In this document: piece by piece, positions 30,880 to 42,006 of the stretch | Numbering within the stretch: the stretch's first letter is position 1 | How the letters are laid out: the number at the start of each line of letters is the position of its first letter | Notes under the pieces: model-generated | The model's database searches: none | Told to the model about the DNA's origin: nothing | Seen by the model: the letters and a program-made list of their open reading frames with translations, nothing else | Assembly (NCBI GenBank): GCA_050331235.1 | Contig: JBHJHA010000008.1 | Location: forward strand, 20,581 to 84,580 | Source: Leptolyngbyaceae cyanobacterium | Lineage (GTDB): Bacteria; Cyanobacteriota; Cyanobacteriia; Phormidesmidales; Phormidesmidaceae | Direction: 5' to 3' | DNA: 64,000 bases | Translations under genes and position numbers: made by a program

Positions 30880-31212
30880 ATGAGCACTGCCGCCTATCAA
30901 ATTGTCTGTATTACCAGTCACGACGCTCGCCTGTATGGAGAATTAGTGCAGCGGGTCGCTGATCGTCAGATCTGCTGGATTAGACCCCTTGTTTTACAAC
31001 CACGATTGAAAAGTTCTGACGGCTCTACTTTGCTAGACGTCCATAACGGACCAGATATCATTTGTGCAGATCATTTGCCAACTCCAGTCATCGATACCGA
31101 TTGGATACAGCTGCTTGCTGTAATGGCAGAGCAAACATCGGCGTGTAACTTTCCTGAAGCTAATCAACAGTTGAAAGGTTTTCTCGAATGCTTGTTTGAT
31201 AAGCGGCGCTGA
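30880..31212 (+). CDS. Conserved cyanobacterial hypothetical protein
   Basis: QIVCI...RLYGELVQ...ICWIRPLVL; AAGGA just upstream. Confidence 0.65.
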   Translation: MSTAAYQIVCITSHDARLYGELVQRVADRQICWIRPLVLQPRLKSSDGSTLLDVHNGPDIICADHLPTPVIDTDWIQLLAVMAEQTSACNFPEANQQLKGFLECLFDKRR

Positions 31213-31298
31213 TCCAAAAAATAGCCAGTTGCGATCGCAACTGGCCAGGCAAACAGAGTCGAAGAGTTACTTTTCTGATGAATTTTGGGGCAAAGGTC

Positions 31299-32048
31299 TC
31301 AATAGGCACCCTTACGGTAAATCACTGCTAATAGCGTTTCAGCAATTAACCGAATGTCGTATAGCAAAGACCAGCAGGACTGATAGTTCAGATCCATCTT
31401 CACGATGTCTTCAAAGTCGCTGACCGTAGAGCGTCCTCGTACCTGCCACTCGCCCGTGATACCTGGTTTGACGTTGAGGCGTTCCCAATGGTGCGAGTCG
31501 TACTTCATCACCTCGTCAATGGTCGGAGGGCGAGTTCCAACTAAACTCATTTCACCAAGCAGCACATTCAAAAACTGAGGAAATTCGTCCAGGCTTGTTT
31601 TGCGTAAAAATCTGCCTACTCGAGTAATACGAGGATCATTTTTGTTTTTGAAAACCAGTCCCTGGGCTTCATTTTTGACGAGATGTTTGAGGGTGTCGGC
31701 GTTGGTGACCATAGACCGAAACTTCCAAAGGCGAAAAGTTTGGCCGAGATATCCACATCGGACTTGGCTATAGAGTACAGGCCCAGGGTTGTCCAGCTGA
31801 ATCGCGATCGCAATAGGGATAAATAGAATGGCTGTAATCAGGAGCCCAACAGTGGCACCAATGATGTCAAGGCAACGCTTGAAGAAACATTTGACTGAGG
31901 GATGCTCCAAGCCTGTGCCTAAAGGGCTATAGACAATCTGATTAAGCCTCGATGCTGCCGGTGAAACCGCAACATTTGGCGATGCAGCAGCGGGATTCTG
32001 TACGTTGACCACCAAAATCGACTCCTCTGATAGCTTATTAACAAGCAC
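31299..32048 (-). CDS. Priming sugar transferase (Bac_transf, WcaJ/CpsE-like)
   Basis: KRCLDI, KFRSM, DPRITRVGRFLRKTSLDEFPQF, GEMSLVGTRP, KPGITGEWQV. Confidence 0.93.
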   Translation of the reverse strand: MLVNKLSEESILVVNVQNPAAASPNVAVSPAASRLNQIVYSPLGTGLEHPSVKCFFKRCLDIIGATVGLLITAILFIPIAIAIQLDNPGPVLYSQVRCGYLGQTFRLWKFRSMVTNADTLKHLVKNEAQGLVFKNKNDPRITRVGRFLRKTSLDEFPQFLNVLLGEMSLVGTRPPTIDEVMKYDSHHWERLNVKPGITGEWQVRGRSTVSDFEDIVKMDLNYQSCWSLLYDIRLIAETLLAVIYRKGAY

Positions 32049-32609
32049 CTACAGAATATTCTCAACGCCAATCTCCGTGTAAGCCCTGATGACAAGGTTC
32101 ATCAAAACTTCATCCCTAGTTCAAACTCGATAAAGATCTCTTTGATATTTACGAAATTTCATGCCTAACTAATGTTGTAAGTATGACCTTATGTAGATTC
32201 CTACAGGCGTAAAAAGGCCTATACGTGAAGGCCTGGACTAACAGACCATAGAGCCTCAAGCCTGATTGAAACAGGTGTTGAGGCCATCCCCATCGCCAGT
32301 TTGGTGCCTTAATCTTTCTCGAAACCTTCGGCGAAACGCAAGTATCGCATTTTACCGGTGAATATCCTTGGACTTGGAGTGCGTAAAAATACTGAGGAGT
32401 TTTTGCTCTTACGATATACTGTGCTCGTATAGTGGACCGCCAATAGAAAGTTTTCTGATATCCCCAGACTTCCATGCTGCGACATTTTGACGGGCTGGCC
32501 TTGGTTCTCCCTTTTGAGGGCACATCGAGCTTCAAGTCTTGATGTCTGTGTCGTGCATGGCCACTAAATTTAGTGCATGACTGAGGCTTGGCGTTTCATT
32601 GAATCTGGG

Positions 32610-33107
32610 TTATGCAGAGCGCCGATAGGATTTGGCTCGCCACTGTTGCAAAAGCCAAATGCTGCCAATACTAGCTGAACTCGCCCAGGCCCAGCGCCCA
32701 CTCTGCAAATGCCCTGAGAGGAAACAAATGCCGCCAATCATCAATAAGATGAGGCTAGTGCTGCCAGCGATCGCCAACATCATGCGAATTGTTTGGGTCG
32801 CAGCTAACATTTGGGCCGCTAAGTCATCATCCGCCGCCAATGGGACTGCTGCTTGCAATGCCGCTTGAAATGACTGATATTTTGCTAGGTCTACTTGGTA
32901 GTAGGTACCCAAATCAGCATCGCGCAAATCGCGTACGGAATAAAGACCAAACTGCTTGGCATGGGCGATCGCTTGACGAATCTGGCGTTGGGTTGCCAGC
33001 GATCGAAAAGTCTCGAAAATCGACTCGCGATAGACTCCGGTCTTCGCCATTTCCAAAATTCGCTGGCTGAGTTCAGTTTCCGATAGGCGGGAAGCTAGCT
33101 GTGACAT
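32610..33107 (-). CDS. Hypothetical protein with two C-terminal TM helices
   Basis: ILEMAKTGVYRESIFE...DADLGTYYQ soluble domain plus hydrophobic tail. Confidence 0.7.
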   Translation of the reverse strand: MSQLASRLSETELSQRILEMAKTGVYRESIFETFRSLATQRQIRQAIAHAKQFGLYSVRDLRDADLGTYYQVDLAKYQSFQAALQAAVPLAADDDLAAQMLAATQTIRMMLAIAGSTSLILLMIGGICFLSGHLQSGRWAWASSASIGSIWLLQQWRAKSYRRSA

Positions 33108-33269
33108 GGGAGAAATAGAAGATCGCTGAAATAACGAGTTTACCTGTACCCAGCAGCGCTCTCCCTGCAGGTTTGCTGAGGCCGCTAGGCCATACTGCTT
33201 GGTGGTCTTTATAGTGTATAGGTACTATGGTGATGGCTGTCAAAACCGACGGTTGTCGCCATCGGCAAG

Positions 33270-36128
33270 CTATAAACCCACTAGTTCGCGGAACCAATCG
33301 TCATTGCGCAGGTCCGTAAAAGTATCTTCCCCCTGCGCATCGATGCGCAAGTTGGGGTCTAGCCTCACTGCCAATTGTAGATTCTCTAAGGCCACATCGT
33401 ATTCCCGCTGCAGGGTGTAGCAAAGGGCCTTGTGATAGAGCGCCTTGCTGTAGTCAGGATCAATCTCTAAAGCTCGATTAAAGCTGCTTAGAGCTTCGGT
33501 ATCTTGGCCGAGTTTCATTCTAGCTAGCCCCTGATTATCCCAGGCCTTCGGTGACTGTGGATTAAATCGCGTGGCTTTATCAAAGGAGGATAAGGCTTCT
33601 TCATAGCGATCCAGCTCGAGGGCGGCGAGCCCTCGATTGAGCCAAGCGACGCCATCATTGGCCTGGATTTCAGTGGCTTTGTCAAACGATTGAAAAGCTT
33701 CACTATGTCGCTGCAACACTCCATACGATACCCCCCGATTGACCCAGGCTTCTTGATAATCGGGTTTGATGGAGAGGGCTTCGTCAAAGGCGGCGATCGC
33801 TTCCTCCCGGCGACGGAGGCGGCCCAACATCATGCCTCGATTGACCCAGGCCTTGGCGTCCTCAGGGTTAAGCATCAAGACGCGGTCAAATGCCTCCAGT
33901 GCCGCCTCATAGCGTTTGAGATCCTTCAGCACTAGTCCCCGTTGAAACTGGGCAGCGATATGGTCGGGGACGAGCTCAATCACTTGGTCGAGGGCGGCGA
34001 TCGCGTCTTCTAACCGTTCTAGACCAACTAGCGCCAGAGCTTTGTTCAGACACACTTCGGCATTGTCCGGCTGGATATCTAAGGCCTCGCTGTATTGTTC
34101 TAAAGCTGCTGTGTAGTTTCCGTCTGCTAGATATTGATTAGCCGCTTCTATCCGCTCATCCGCTGACAGGAATAGGGTGGGACGGTTTTCTTTTAACCGT
34201 TGTAGTAGTTCATTCACCGTTTCTAATTGCTGCTGAGTATTCGCCATAAAGCTGTTCGCAACGTACTTTGGAGCCACTTCTCCCAGTCGTCGCATGATGG
34301 CTTCTTTCTCACCCTGTGCTTCTGCCTGTAAGGTGATTAACCGCTCTTGAACAGTGCGTTTGACCTCTTCTAGGTCGGCAATGACATCGGTGCGTCCAGA
34401 CGCGATATCTTTTTGTAACTCGGTCAGTTGATTGGCAAAGTCAGTCTCGATTTCTTCCAGCCGCTGTTTGGCCTGCTGCTGTCGAGCCGATGACTCGCTT
34501 TCTAGCTCCCCAATGTGTTCGATAAGGCGCTGGTCAAACCCGTCCAGATTGCCCAGCATGCGATCGCGACGGTCAAAGACAACATCGCGCACTTCGTTAA
34601 ACTGGCGGCTGATCTCTGCTTCTAGCCGGGCTAGCTCATCTATCGTCTCGGTGGCGCGATTGCGGCTCTCGCCTTGTAATTGAGTCATTGTCTCGGAAAA
34701 CTCTGCAGCACTCCGCTGTACAGATTCCCAAGTGGTGGTTTTACGGGTATCTAGGTCATCAATCAGTTGATGGAGTTGATTGCGGAAGTCCTCTGCGCGA
34801 TCGCTCATTTGACTGAGAGTTTCAGCCTTTTGTCCATCGACCTCAGCCTGCAAGCGATCAAACTGCGCCATAAAGTCATCGGCCGACTGTCGCAGCTGGC
34901 TGAGAATCTCGGCCTTATCGCCGTCAATCTCGGCCTGGTAGTTGCTGAATTGCCCTAAGAAGTCCTCTAGAGAGCGCCGCAGCTCGGCTAACATACTCGC
35001 CCGTTGGGCCAAGACCTCATCTTTAATTTGGCGAAATTGCTCTTCAAAATCCTTGGTCGAGCGTTCCATGGTCTGTAAAGCCAGATCGCGATGGCCTAGA
35101 GTGCTGGCTTGCATCTCATCTAGCTGCTTGTCGACCGTTTGTTGGCGATCGCTCATAGCATCCATGACTCGCTGCTGATACTGCTCTAGCTGCGCCTCTA
35201 AATTGTCCCGTAGCGATTCGAAGTAGGGCTCAAATCCTGCTTGCAGTTTAGCCAACTCGGCGAGGGTGCGATCACGGTTTTCTTCAACGCCAGTTGTTAG
35301 CTGTTGTAGCTGTTCGGCAAAGCCACTGGCGGTAGTCCCTATCTCAGTTAGGGTGTGGTCTTTGGTTGTTTCTACACCCCTAGACAATGCCGCTAATTCT
35401 TGTTGAAAGTTTTGGGCAGCTTGTTGCACAGAGGCGAGCACCTCAGCCGTCTGAATCGCAGCGTCCTGATTTACCGTGGCCGCCTGGTCATGCATGTGTG
35501 ACTTAATGAGCTGGGCTTGGGAATCAACATCGCTTTCCAGGTCAGCCAGCGTTTTGGAAAGAGCTGTAACCTGGCTTTGCCAGTCTTTTAGCGTATGGGT
35601 CTTCGACTCGGTGATCTCATCCAGAGCTTGATTCAGCAGACGCTGCTTTTCGGTAAGTGTATCCCTAAAGCTCTCGGCCCTCTGCTCAATGTCATCGCTG
35701 ATATCTTCCGCATCCTTAAGCACTGAATTAAGCTCGCGGGTTGCCGTCCGGATTTTGTGCTCCAAATCAGTCATCTGATTGAGCTGACTGCGCACTACTG
35801 TAGCCACCTCTTGCACGACTGATCGCCGTAAAAACCACAGCATGACTACGCCTAGAACCAAGAGCAGCGCGAGCGCTGCCAAGAGAATAGAAACTAAAGT
35901 CGTAGCACGCGTAAAGGCTAGATTGGCTTCCTGCTGTAAACGCTCAAGTTCGGCCTGCTCATTCCTGGATGTTGACTGAGCCAGGATGGGGGCTGCTTCT
36001 GACGGTAATGCCGCAGTCAATATCACTCCGCCACTGACTAAGCATAAAGCAAGCAGAGTCCAGTCTTGCAGGCGCTGAACTGAGTAAGTAGAAAGTCGAA
36101 GCCGCATCATTCTTGCGATCATTCTCAA
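33270..36128 (-). CDS. Membrane-anchored long coiled-coil protein with C-terminal TPR array
   Basis: Signal/TM segments, ~500 aa helical repeat region, about 8 TPRs (AWVNRG, AWLNRG, AWDNQG). Confidence 0.88.
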   Translation of the reverse strand: MRMIARMMRLRLSTYSVQRLQDWTLLALCLVSGGVILTAALPSEAAPILAQSTSRNEQAELERLQQEANLAFTRATTLVSILLAALALLLVLGVVMLWFLRRSVVQEVATVVRSQLNQMTDLEHKIRTATRELNSVLKDAEDISDDIEQRAESFRDTLTEKQRLLNQALDEITESKTHTLKDWQSQVTALSKTLADLESDVDSQAQLIKSHMHDQAATVNQDAAIQTAEVLASVQQAAQNFQQELAALSRGVETTKDHTLTEIGTTASGFAEQLQQLTTGVEENRDRTLAELAKLQAGFEPYFESLRDNLEAQLEQYQQRVMDAMSDRQQTVDKQLDEMQASTLGHRDLALQTMERSTKDFEEQFRQIKDEVLAQRASMLAELRRSLEDFLGQFSNYQAEIDGDKAEILSQLRQSADDFMAQFDRLQAEVDGQKAETLSQMSDRAEDFRNQLHQLIDDLDTRKTTTWESVQRSAAEFSETMTQLQGESRNRATETIDELARLEAEISRQFNEVRDVVFDRRDRMLGNLDGFDQRLIEHIGELESESSARQQQAKQRLEEIETDFANQLTELQKDIASGRTDVIADLEEVKRTVQERLITLQAEAQGEKEAIMRRLGEVAPKYVANSFMANTQQQLETVNELLQRLKENRPTLFLSADERIEAANQYLADGNYTAALEQYSEALDIQPDNAEVCLNKALALVGLERLEDAIAALDQVIELVPDHIAAQFQRGLVLKDLKRYEAALEAFDRVLMLNPEDAKAWVNRGMMLGRLRRREEAIAAFDEALSIKPDYQEAWVNRGVSYGVLQRHSEAFQSFDKATEIQANDGVAWLNRGLAALELDRYEEALSSFDKATRFNPQSPKAWDNQGLARMKLGQDTEALSSFNRALEIDPDYSKALYHKALCYTLQREYDVALENLQLAVRLDPNLRIDAQGEDTFTDLRNDDWFRELVGL

Positions 36129-36407
36129 AGCAACGGACCAAATGCACTGCGTCCAAGGATACTCAAAGGGCAGCTCGAGGATACGCTTAGCATACCGTGA
36201 AGCTTTGTCATGTAGAGAGTGTCAGCCCAGTGGATCGATCCCAGCTGTATCCAATGACGCTTATCAGCGGTTTGCTCTGTAAGCAGAGTGCATGACAGTC
36301 ATAATCGTTGCGAAAAAATAATTCACTGGCCAGCGGCAAGATGGATACGCTAGCGCATCCCGATAGATTGTCCATCGCTGACTCGTTTACGGCACAGCCA
36401 ATCTGTT

Positions 36408-36941
36408 TTACGGGGTATAGTGGTGGCCGTCTGGCATCTTGGTCGTCCCGTCACACAGAGCGCCGTTGAGGGACAACCCTGAGACTCGAAACAGGTTGGC
36501 GTGATAGAGGCAAGTCGCGTTCAGCTTAGTCCCAGTTAAATTGGCTCCGGTCAGATTGGCCCCTTTGAGGTTGGCCTTGGTCAGGTCAGCCCCCTGCAAA
36601 TTGGCCCCGGATAAATTACAGGCGCTGAGGTTAGCCTTCCCGAGACGAGCGTATCGCAGATCAGCCCGCGACAAGTCGAGCTGGCTCAGCTGCCCGGCTT
36701 CCAGGATTGTGCTGGCTAGCTTGACATCAGCAAGATTTCCTTGCCTGATGGTGATCTCTCTTAAATTGGAACGGCTGAGATTCCCATAGGGCAGGTAGGC
36801 TCTGGAGATGACTGCATTAGACAGGTTGATTTCGCGGAGGTCGCATTCAAACCCGTCTACGTCTTCCATCTGAACGCCAGCGAACTGGCGCTCTCCGGAC
36901 GCATATTGAGAGAGTAAAAATTCAAAATCTAAAATAGCCAT
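36408..36941 (-). CDS. Pentapeptide repeat protein
   Basis: YASGERQF N-terminus; A(N/D)Lxx repeats; TKMPDG end. Confidence 0.92.
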   Translation of the reverse strand: MAILDFEFLLSQYASGERQFAGVQMEDVDGFECDLREINLSNAVISRAYLPYGNLSRSNLREITIRQGNLADVKLASTILEAGQLSQLDLSRADLRYARLGKANLSACNLSGANLQGADLTKANLKGANLTGANLTGTKLNATCLYHANLFRVSGLSLNGALCDGTTKMPDGHHYTP

Positions 36942-37741
36942 AGAATCGGCGATCGCAATGAAATGCCTATCAAATCTTGAACAACTAAATTCGATGAGTT
37001 GAAGCTTTTGAATACTGAAGCTTCAGGAACTTCATGACTGTTAAAGAAGGCTAAATAACTTAGTTGAATTCGAGTTTGGGCCTTGTATTAAGCTCAGCAA
37101 ATAGTTGAAATCTGCCCCACAAAAAAGCACAAGGTATTTTCATGATGATCTGTCAGATTTGGGCTGCTGGCCCCCAACACCTCTCCAACTCTATATAACA
37201 AAATCAACAAAGCCGCTTAGATACAGGCGTCTTTAACCCAACAAAGACAACCGACGATTGAGTAGAAGTTCTGATGAACTGATTTACATAAGGCCATGCA
37301 ATCAACAAAAGTAAACTTTTCTTAACGTACAGTGACTTGATAACTTTTGGCCTTGGCTTAAAGATGTCTTTTGATTTTGCGGTCAATGCTGCGTTGATGA
37401 AATAATCTCTTTTGTTCAAGATAGTAATAATGCGCAAATATTATTCGCTAAGGTGCGACATAGAGAGTCTTTAAGAAGTTTTTGCTGAGGTATTAGATCT
37501 GTTTATGCAGTTTATATCGATGGCTAAACTATTCCGCCGCGGGCGTGATCGCTCATATTGTCTATCTGCGACTTTCCGGTTAATCAGCCCAACCTATCGG
37601 TAAGAGAAGTTGATATTTAAGACCGTACTCAATAATTGTGACCTGGCTTTAATCGGTCGAACGCCCGCTTCGTTTGTGATGCTTTTTGAAAACTTTTTTG
37701 AGGGCTGAACCTGAAGCCACAGGGACTGCTAAATTTGAGAT

Positions 37742-39301
37742 ATGAGCCAGCCCGCTTCCATTGCCGAATACTTTCATGAGCGTACGAAGTATGACCCTGC
37801 GACGATCGCTCAAGCTCAAGCGACGATGCAGGGGCCTCAGCCCGATCCGTTCAAGACCTATCGATTAGGTACCGAGATTGACCTTAAGCCTTATCTTGAC
37901 GAGGCGACTATTATCCCATCGGCTTCAGCCGAAACTCGGGCTTGGGCGCGTTTATCGCACTTTCTGATCAACGTATATGGGCTTACCGCTCAGGTCAAAA
38001 CGTCGACAGGGCAGAGATTTTACTTGCGAGCTGTTCCTTCAGCCGGGGGCCTTTATCCTACTGAGGTCTATCTGATTTCGCGGGGCAGTGGTCTGTTGCC
38101 CGCTGGACTTTACAATTACCAGGCCCGGACGCATGCTCTCTGGCGATTTTGGAGTGACCACGTATGGCAGGCTCTGCAGGAGGCGTGTTTTTGGCATCCT
38201 GCCTTAGAAACCACCCAGGTCGCCGTTATTTTGACCAGTGTCTTTTACCGCTCAGCGTGGCGATATCAAGATCGGGCCTATCGGCGCATCTGCCTCGATG
38301 CTGGCCATGTCTTGGGTAATTTAGAACTTGCCAGCACTTTGGTCGATTATCGTCCCCATCTAATCGGAGGTTTCGCTGACCTGGCGCTTAATCAACTGCT
38401 TTATCTGGAGCCCGGCACAGAAGGGGCGATCGCCGTTGCCGCCCTCGCTAACTTACTTGAAGTAGAGCAAAATTTGCCCCGGTTCACCACGACCCAACCG
38501 GCTTCTCACAACCATAATCTTGCTCAAATCGCTGATGGTGATTTACTGCCTCACATGCATCAGGCCACCTGCATTGAGCGCGATACCGATTTTCGGTGGT
38601 CAAGCCGCCGACCGAGTGTCACTGGTCAAAGTAGCCCTGCTGAGGCCACCGTTCCTGCCGATAAGTACAATTTCCCTTTCTGCCTCAAAATCTCCACTGC
38701 TACCGCTCCGATTGATTGGGACCATCAACTCCAGGCCCTGGAAAAAACGATTTTGCGCCGCCGCTCTACACGCAAATTCACCGGTGGTTCACTCAGTTTG
38801 ACTGAGCTCAAAGCCTTGCTCGATTTTGCCTATCAGCCCCATCATTACATTGAGCAAGGGCTAGACGGGGATCCAGATTTTTGCGACTTGAGCTTGATTC
38901 AAACGTTTGTAGCGGTTTCCGCGGTTGAGGGATTAGAGGCCGGCTGCTACTATTACGCGCCGTCGCAGCCTGAAATTCGGCAAATTCGGTTTAGAAACTT
39001 CCGTCAAGAACTGCAGTACCTATGCTTAGGTCAGGCTCTAGGCCATGACGCGGGCGCGGTCATCTTTCATACCGCAGATCTAAAGGCCGCGATCGCCCGT
39101 CACGGAGATCGTGCCTACCGCTACTTACACCTCGATGCTGGGCATCTGGGCCAACGGCTCAACTTGGCAGCGACACGGCTTGGTCTCGGAGCTAGCGGTA
39201 TCGGCGGTTTTTTTGATGATCAGGTCAATGACGTTCTCGGCATTCCAGCAGACGAGGCCGTACTTTACATTACAACCATTGGTCGACCTACTCCGGCATA
39301 A
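37742..39301 (+). CDS. SagB/ThcOx-like tandem nitroreductase-fold FMN oxidoreductase
   Basis: YFHERTKY, RAVPSAGGLYPTEVY, RRRSTRKF, YRYLHLDAGHLGQ, GIGGFFDD. Confidence 0.88.
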   Translation: MSQPASIAEYFHERTKYDPATIAQAQATMQGPQPDPFKTYRLGTEIDLKPYLDEATIIPSASAETRAWARLSHFLINVYGLTAQVKTSTGQRFYLRAVPSAGGLYPTEVYLISRGSGLLPAGLYNYQARTHALWRFWSDHVWQALQEACFWHPALETTQVAVILTSVFYRSAWRYQDRAYRRICLDAGHVLGNLELASTLVDYRPHLIGGFADLALNQLLYLEPGTEGAIAVAALANLLEVEQNLPRFTTTQPASHNHNLAQIADGDLLPHMHQATCIERDTDFRWSSRRPSVTGQSSPAEATVPADKYNFPFCLKISTATAPIDWDHQLQALEKTILRRRSTRKFTGGSLSLTELKALLDFAYQPHHYIEQGLDGDPDFCDLSLIQTFVAVSAVEGLEAGCYYYAPSQPEIRQIRFRNFRQELQYLCLGQALGHDAGAVIFHTADLKAAIARHGDRAYRYLHLDAGHLGQRLNLAATRLGLGASGIGGFFDDQVNDVLGIPADEAVLYITTIGRPTPA

Positions 39302-39410
39302 GTGCAGACAAAGCAAGGGATGCTCCCCGCTCTCAACTAAAAAAGTCAACCACTACAGCGCATCCAGATCGCAGTAAGCTGATCAAAGACAGTGCAATTA
39401 AGTTTCTTTC

Positions 39411-40646
39411 ATGGTCACAATTAACGAAAACTACCTGAAGCTAAAAGCCGGTTATCTATTCCCAGAAATTGCCCGCCGGGTCAAAGCCTTTGCTGATGCC
39501 AACCCAGACGCGCCGATCATCAAGCTGGGGATTGGTGACGTCACCGAACCGCTGCCTGAAGCTTGCCGCACTGCGATGGTCAACGCTGTAGAAGAGATGG
39601 GCGATCGCGAGACTTTCCGAGGCTATGGTCCTGAACAGGGCTACGAATTTTTACGCGAAAAGATTGTCCGGCATGATTTTCAAACCCGGGGATGCGATAT
39701 TACCGCCGATGAAATTTTTATCTCCGACGGTTCCAAATGCGACTGCGGTAATATTCTCGATATTCTGGGCGACAACAACACGATTGCTGTCACTGACCCG
39801 GTTTATCCAGTCTATGTCGACACCAATGTTATGGCGGGACACACCGGTCCCGTTCAGGAGGACGGCACCTATAAGGGGTTAGTCTACCTGCCGATTTCCG
39901 CTGATAATAACTTTACTGCGGCCATTCCTGACCAAAAAGTTGATCTGGTCTATCTTTGTTTTCCCAACAACCCAACGGGGGCAGCTGCGACCCACGCTCA
40001 TCTGCAACAGTGGGTAGACTATGCCCATAAGCACGGCTCATTACTTCTGTTTGATGCTGCTTATGAAGCGTTCATTACCGAAGACGACATCCCCCACTCT
40101 ATTTACGAGATTCCTGGTGCGCGAGAATGCGCCATTGAGTTTCGCTCATTTTCCAAAAATGCTGGTTTCACCGGTACGCGCTGCGCTTTTACGGTTGTAC
40201 CCAAAGCGATTAAAGTAATGACTTCCGACAGGAGTAAGGTAGAGCTGCATCGTCTTTGGAATCGTCGTCAATCGACTAAATTCAATGGCGTCTCTTATAT
40301 TGTGCAGCGGGGTGCCGAAGCTGTTTATAGCGAAGCCGGGCAAAAACAGGTCGACAAACTGATTCGGTTTTATTTGGAAAACGCTCGCATCATTCGAGAA
40401 AAACTTTCTGATGCTGGCATCCAAAATTATGGTGGAGTGAATGCTCCTTATGTTTGGGTTAAAACTCCCCAAGGTCTTTCTAGTTGGGATTTCTTTGATA
40501 AGCTATTGAAAACCTGCCATGTTGTTGGTACGCCGGGATCTGGATTTGGTGCAGCGGGTGAAGGATACTTTCGGATTTCGGCTTTTAATAGTCGAGACAA
40601 TGTTGAAACGGCTATGCAGCGGATCAGTGATAAGTTCAGAGCCTAA
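39411..40646 (+). CDS. dapL: LL-diaminopimelate aminotransferase
   Basis: [43 protein letters not shown]. Confidence 0.97.
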   Translation: MVTINENYLKLKAGYLFPEIARRVKAFADANPDAPIIKLGIGDVTEPLPEACRTAMVNAVEEMGDRETFRGYGPEQGYEFLREKIVRHDFQTRGCDITADEIFISDGSKCDCGNILDILGDNNTIAVTDPVYPVYVDTNVMAGHTGPVQEDGTYKGLVYLPISADNNFTAAIPDQKVDLVYLCFPNNPTGAAATHAHLQQWVDYAHKHGSLLLFDAAYEAFITEDDIPHSIYEIPGARECAIEFRSFSKNAGFTGTRCAFTVVPKAIKVMTSDRSKVELHRLWNRRQSTKFNGVSYIVQRGAEAVYSEAGQKQVDKLIRFYLENARIIREKLSDAGIQNYGGVNAPYVWVKTPQGLSSWDFFDKLLKTCHVVGTPGSGFGAAGEGYFRISAFNSRDNVETAMQRISDKFRA

Positions 40647-40683
40647 GTACATAAGCTGATCTTGACAATTGAAGTTTCTATCT

Positions 40684-40720
40684 AAAAAGAAGGAGTCGAC
40701 CATCGGTCAACTCCTTCTTA
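40684..40720. terminator. Bidirectional terminator between dapL and the PEP-CTERM gene
   Basis: AAGAAGGAGTCGACC-atc-GGTCAACTCCTTCTT hairpin between convergent genes. Confidence 0.8.
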
Positions 40721-40771
40721 CTTATCTAGTCAGCTCTAGTCAGCCAAAACAGGGAACCAAAGGCTGCTTTG

Positions 40772-41572
40772 CTAAGCTGCCTTGACACGCTTTTGTAGGA
40801 AGAGTGCGCCACCCAGCAGACCTAAACCCATGAAAACAGTAGGCTCAGGAACGCGAGTCGCATCGGTACCCACAAACTTCCAATCAGGACCGTTGAACTC
40901 TTCTTCACTGGTGAAGCGAATGGCATCTACCACAGCGTTATCAACTCCTAAGTCCTCAAAAATGTTAATGCCCAAAGAACCGACATTCTGAGCGGCGGAA
41001 ATCTCAGTCGTGTCAATTTGGAAACCCGCATCAAACCACATGTCACGGGTAATTGTCAGGCTGTTGCCAACAAGTTGACCGGCTGCATCTAGCGCTTGAA
41101 TTTTGAGATCGCTATTGCCGTAGGTCTCACCGGTGCCACCGCGCTCCCAAATAAGCAGGTTGTCAATCACTTTGCCAAACGTCAGGTCGATTTCGAAGAA
41201 ACCTTGTTTCTCAGTATCAACAATATTGTTCAAATTATTGTTGGAGAGGTTAGTAACGATATCTGCAGCTGCAGCATCTTCAACCGCGACACCTGTTGTC
41301 GCAGTATCACCTTTATCTGCACTTGCCCCCCCGTTGATCTCGCCACCGTTTTGATTGATTACGGCAGCCGTCACAAACGAAAACTCTTCGATGATTTCAT
41401 CACCAATCGTCACGGACTCGAGCAGAATGTCACCGGTTGGTGCATCGTTCTGAGAAAAAGTTGTTTCAAAATCGAAACCAATGGCGAAGGCATTGCCGGC
41501 ACCGAACACAGACAGAAGAGTCCCGGTCGCAAGACCAGTTGCCATAGAGAGCTGAGAAAAAGAAAAAGTCAT
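40772..41572 (-). CDS. PEP-CTERM (exosortase-sorted) surface protein
   Basis: Signal peptide; C-terminal VPEPT + TM helix + KRVK; internal WERG..NSDL motif. Confidence 0.88.
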   Translation of the reverse strand: MTFSFSQLSMATGLATGTLLSVFGAGNAFAIGFDFETTFSQNDAPTGDILLESVTIGDEIIEEFSFVTAAVINQNGGEINGGASADKGDTATTGVAVEDAAAADIVTNLSNNNLNNIVDTEKQGFFEIDLTFGKVIDNLLIWERGGTGETYGNSDLKIQALDAAGQLVGNSLTITRDMWFDAGFQIDTTEISAAQNVGSLGINIFEDLGVDNAVVDAIRFTSEEEFNGPDWKFVGTDATRVPEPTVFMGLGLLGGALFLQKRVKAA

Positions 41573-42006
41573 AGTTGCCACTTGAATACGACTGTCACGA
41601 TTCGAAGATAGCGTTTGCAAACAGGAGGAACGACAGAGATGTTACCCAATAAAGAAATACACTAGCTTCACGAATACTTGAGAAATCACAGAGAAAGCTT
41701 CCGGATGAGCCTGTTTTGTATCGGCTTTTACACATTTTCTTGAGTGTCTAATTTTTCTTGGTCTAAGAGGCATTGCTCAAGATGCTTGCAGTTCGGTCTT
41801 TTTGCTAGCTTCTGGCCGGACGTTGACTCCTTTTGAGAAGCATTTTGCGTGTATTTTCGAGGCCATTTTCAAGTACTTACGGGTTTTTTCGACAGTGCTG
41901 ATTTTCTGGCCGATTGCTTTGGCCGATTGTTGCTGCGGGCTCCAATTAAGTGGTGTCTTGTCCTCGACCTCGGGATTGCTAGAGGGCGGGTGCGTGGATA
42001 ATTGAG

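Noticed and set aside
37742..39301. SagB/ThcOx-like gene as evidence of a RiPP (azole peptide) cluster
   Set aside because: No YcaO cyclodehydratase, precursor peptide or transporter nearby; it sits next to dapL like a stand-alone conserved gene
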